In this document: in pieces, positions 62,250 to 64,000 of the stretch
Position numbering within the stretch: position 1 is the first letter of the stretch
Layout: every line of letters starts with the position of its first letter
NCBI GenBank assembly: GCA_043228905.1
Contig: JBHGNT010000015.1
Location: 9,982,001-10,046,000, forward strand
Direction of reading: 5' to 3'
Source: Azolla caroliniana
Taxonomy: Eukaryota; Plantae; Polypodiophyta
Length of the DNA: 64,000 nt
The notes under the pieces: model-generated
Databases searched by the model: none
The model's input: only the letters and a program-made list of their open reading frames with translations
Told to the model about the DNA's origin: nothing
Made by a program: the position numbers and the translations under genes

Positions 62250-64000
62250 GTTCGATTGCTTAAAGGGTTTCCTGTCATCGGTTCGTGGTAGGGTTTTAGT
62301 CGGAATCCATTAACCCACTTCTCTAGAACTGTAGTGGTTGATGTGCCGAGTTAATAGGACCCCTTAAATTCTGACGTTATCCAATATGGCCTAGTCCACC
62401 GGAACCGTAGCTTTCTTGGCATTGCGCCCATCCAGGTCTGGAACACTAATATTGCTTGCCAATTCCGAATTGTTTTTCATTTCCCTTTCTGTGTCAGTCC
62501 ACAATTGCTTTCCGTCTTCTTTGCTCCACTTCCAATTGTAGCACACTGATTATCCGGTGCTCTTCTAATTCACATAAAGTTTCTAGCCGGATCTTTTCTG
62601 ATTCCCTCTCGCTTAACCGTTCCTGAACTTGTATCCGTAATCTAGGAATTTGAAATTCCATCGGCATGACTACTTCCAATCCGAACACTAACCGGAATGG
62701 TGTCGTCCGGATATTGGTCTTGTATGCTGTCTAGTATGCCCACAATGCACTTTGTAGCTTTGTATCCCAGTCGGTCCAATTTTCGTTTACGATTTTTCGG
62801 AGGATATTCTGGAGTGTTTTATTGGTGGGCTCCGCTAATCCGTTGGCTTGCGGGTAATATGGCGTACTTCACTTGTGGACCACCGCGTAGAATGTCGTCA
62901 AGCTTTGCACAACTTGTTCGAGGAAATGTCCACCTTGATCAATAATCAGCTCGATTGAACAACCGTGCCTGCATCAAATGTTTTCATATAAAAATTTAGC
63001 TGTGGATGCCGCGGTATTGTGTCTGAGTGCTTTGGCTTCCAACCACTTTGTATAGTAATCGGTTGCCGGTTCTCATTGCCAGAGGTTTGAATGGTTCGAC
63101 AAAATCCAGTTCCCATTTATGAAAGGGGTCTAACTGCAACACTGGTTGATGCGGCATCTATGCTTGCTCTGTCGGTTGACCCATTCATTGACAACAGTCC
63201 CATTCCTTTGCATACCGAACGACGTCCTTCAATGTTGTGGGCCACCACAATCCGCTTCTCCAAATTTTCCTTGCCGTCATGTCTCCGGCATAGTGGTCTC
63301 TTGCCACCTTGTAGTGGGCTTCTCGTAGTATTGCCTCCTTCTCGTCATTTTGGACCACATTCGCCAGATTCCGTCGGCTCCATTATGGTACAAGGTGTCC
63401 TGTAATAAGCAGAAATGCCGACGCTGTATTGCCAACTGCTTCCGTTCATCCTGATTCAATTCTTCCGGAGGTAGTCTCGTGCTTAGGAACTGGTGCATGT
63501 TTGCAAGCGACTTATCTTCTTTGGCCTTTGTTTCATCTGTCGTCGTCTCTGCGGTCACCCTGAATAACTGTGCATTCGGAAACTCATCACGAACACCGTC
63601 TCCAGTTTGTCCGGATTCTAATCGGCTTAAGTAGTCAGCTACCACGTGTTGAACTCCCGGTCGGTGGAATATTTCAAATTCAAATTCTTGTAGCAGTAGT
63701 GTCCACTAGGCTAGCTTGTCGGTTAAGGATGCTTTTGAGACTAAGTATAGTAGCGCCGAATGATCCACATGAAATGAAAATTGTTGTCTTAGGAGGTAAT
63801 AGCAAAATTTTGTTGTGCTATAAACCATCCCCAAAGCTTCTCTCTCTGTTCTAGAGTAATTTCGTTTGGTCTTTGAGAGCTTCTGACTAGCATAGTACAT
63901 CGGCCGATACCACCTTGGTTCGGTGAGCTGCATGAGAACACTGTCGATCGCTATATCGGACGCGTCTACGAACACATGAAATTCCTTGGTCCAATCCGGG
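62250..64000 (-). pseudogene. Degenerate Ty3/Gypsy pol (RNase H and integrase), non-chromovirus-like, continuing beyond the window
   Basis: VFVDASDIAI...YYASQKLS...NYSRTEREALGMVY; VADYLSRL; KWELDFV; [10 protein letters not shown]; YYPQANGL; FRWTRPYWI...INGFRLKPY. Confidence 0.88.

Overview
Land-plant nuclear DNA, probably a fern or other non-seed vascular plant (inferred from a NET4-like gene, an RTEX-like LINE and the retroelement types; not provable from this window). About three quarters is a multi-layer nest of decayed retrotransposons: several Ty1/copia families (labelled A-D here by LTR type), three Ty3/Gypsy relics, LINE fragments, solo LTRs and microsatellites. Two intact spliced host genes sit in islands. 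One is a five-exon secreted, probably GPI-anchored X8/CBM43 protein (6843-8692, +). The other is a NETWORKED/NET4-like actin-binding protein (35143-37419, -). No retroelement has an intact polyprotein. I see no convincing new multi-gene system. The most notable signals are two apparent local inversions that split retroelements, an X8 protein with a long pro-region containing an RRLL motif, a near-perfect 77-nt palindrome upstream of that gene, a conserved in-frame C-terminal extension of copia Pol, a LINE fragment patched into a copia pol without TSD, recurrent tRNA-like A/B-box modules, and an atypical Gypsy. All comparisons were made by eye; identities are approximate and no database search was run.
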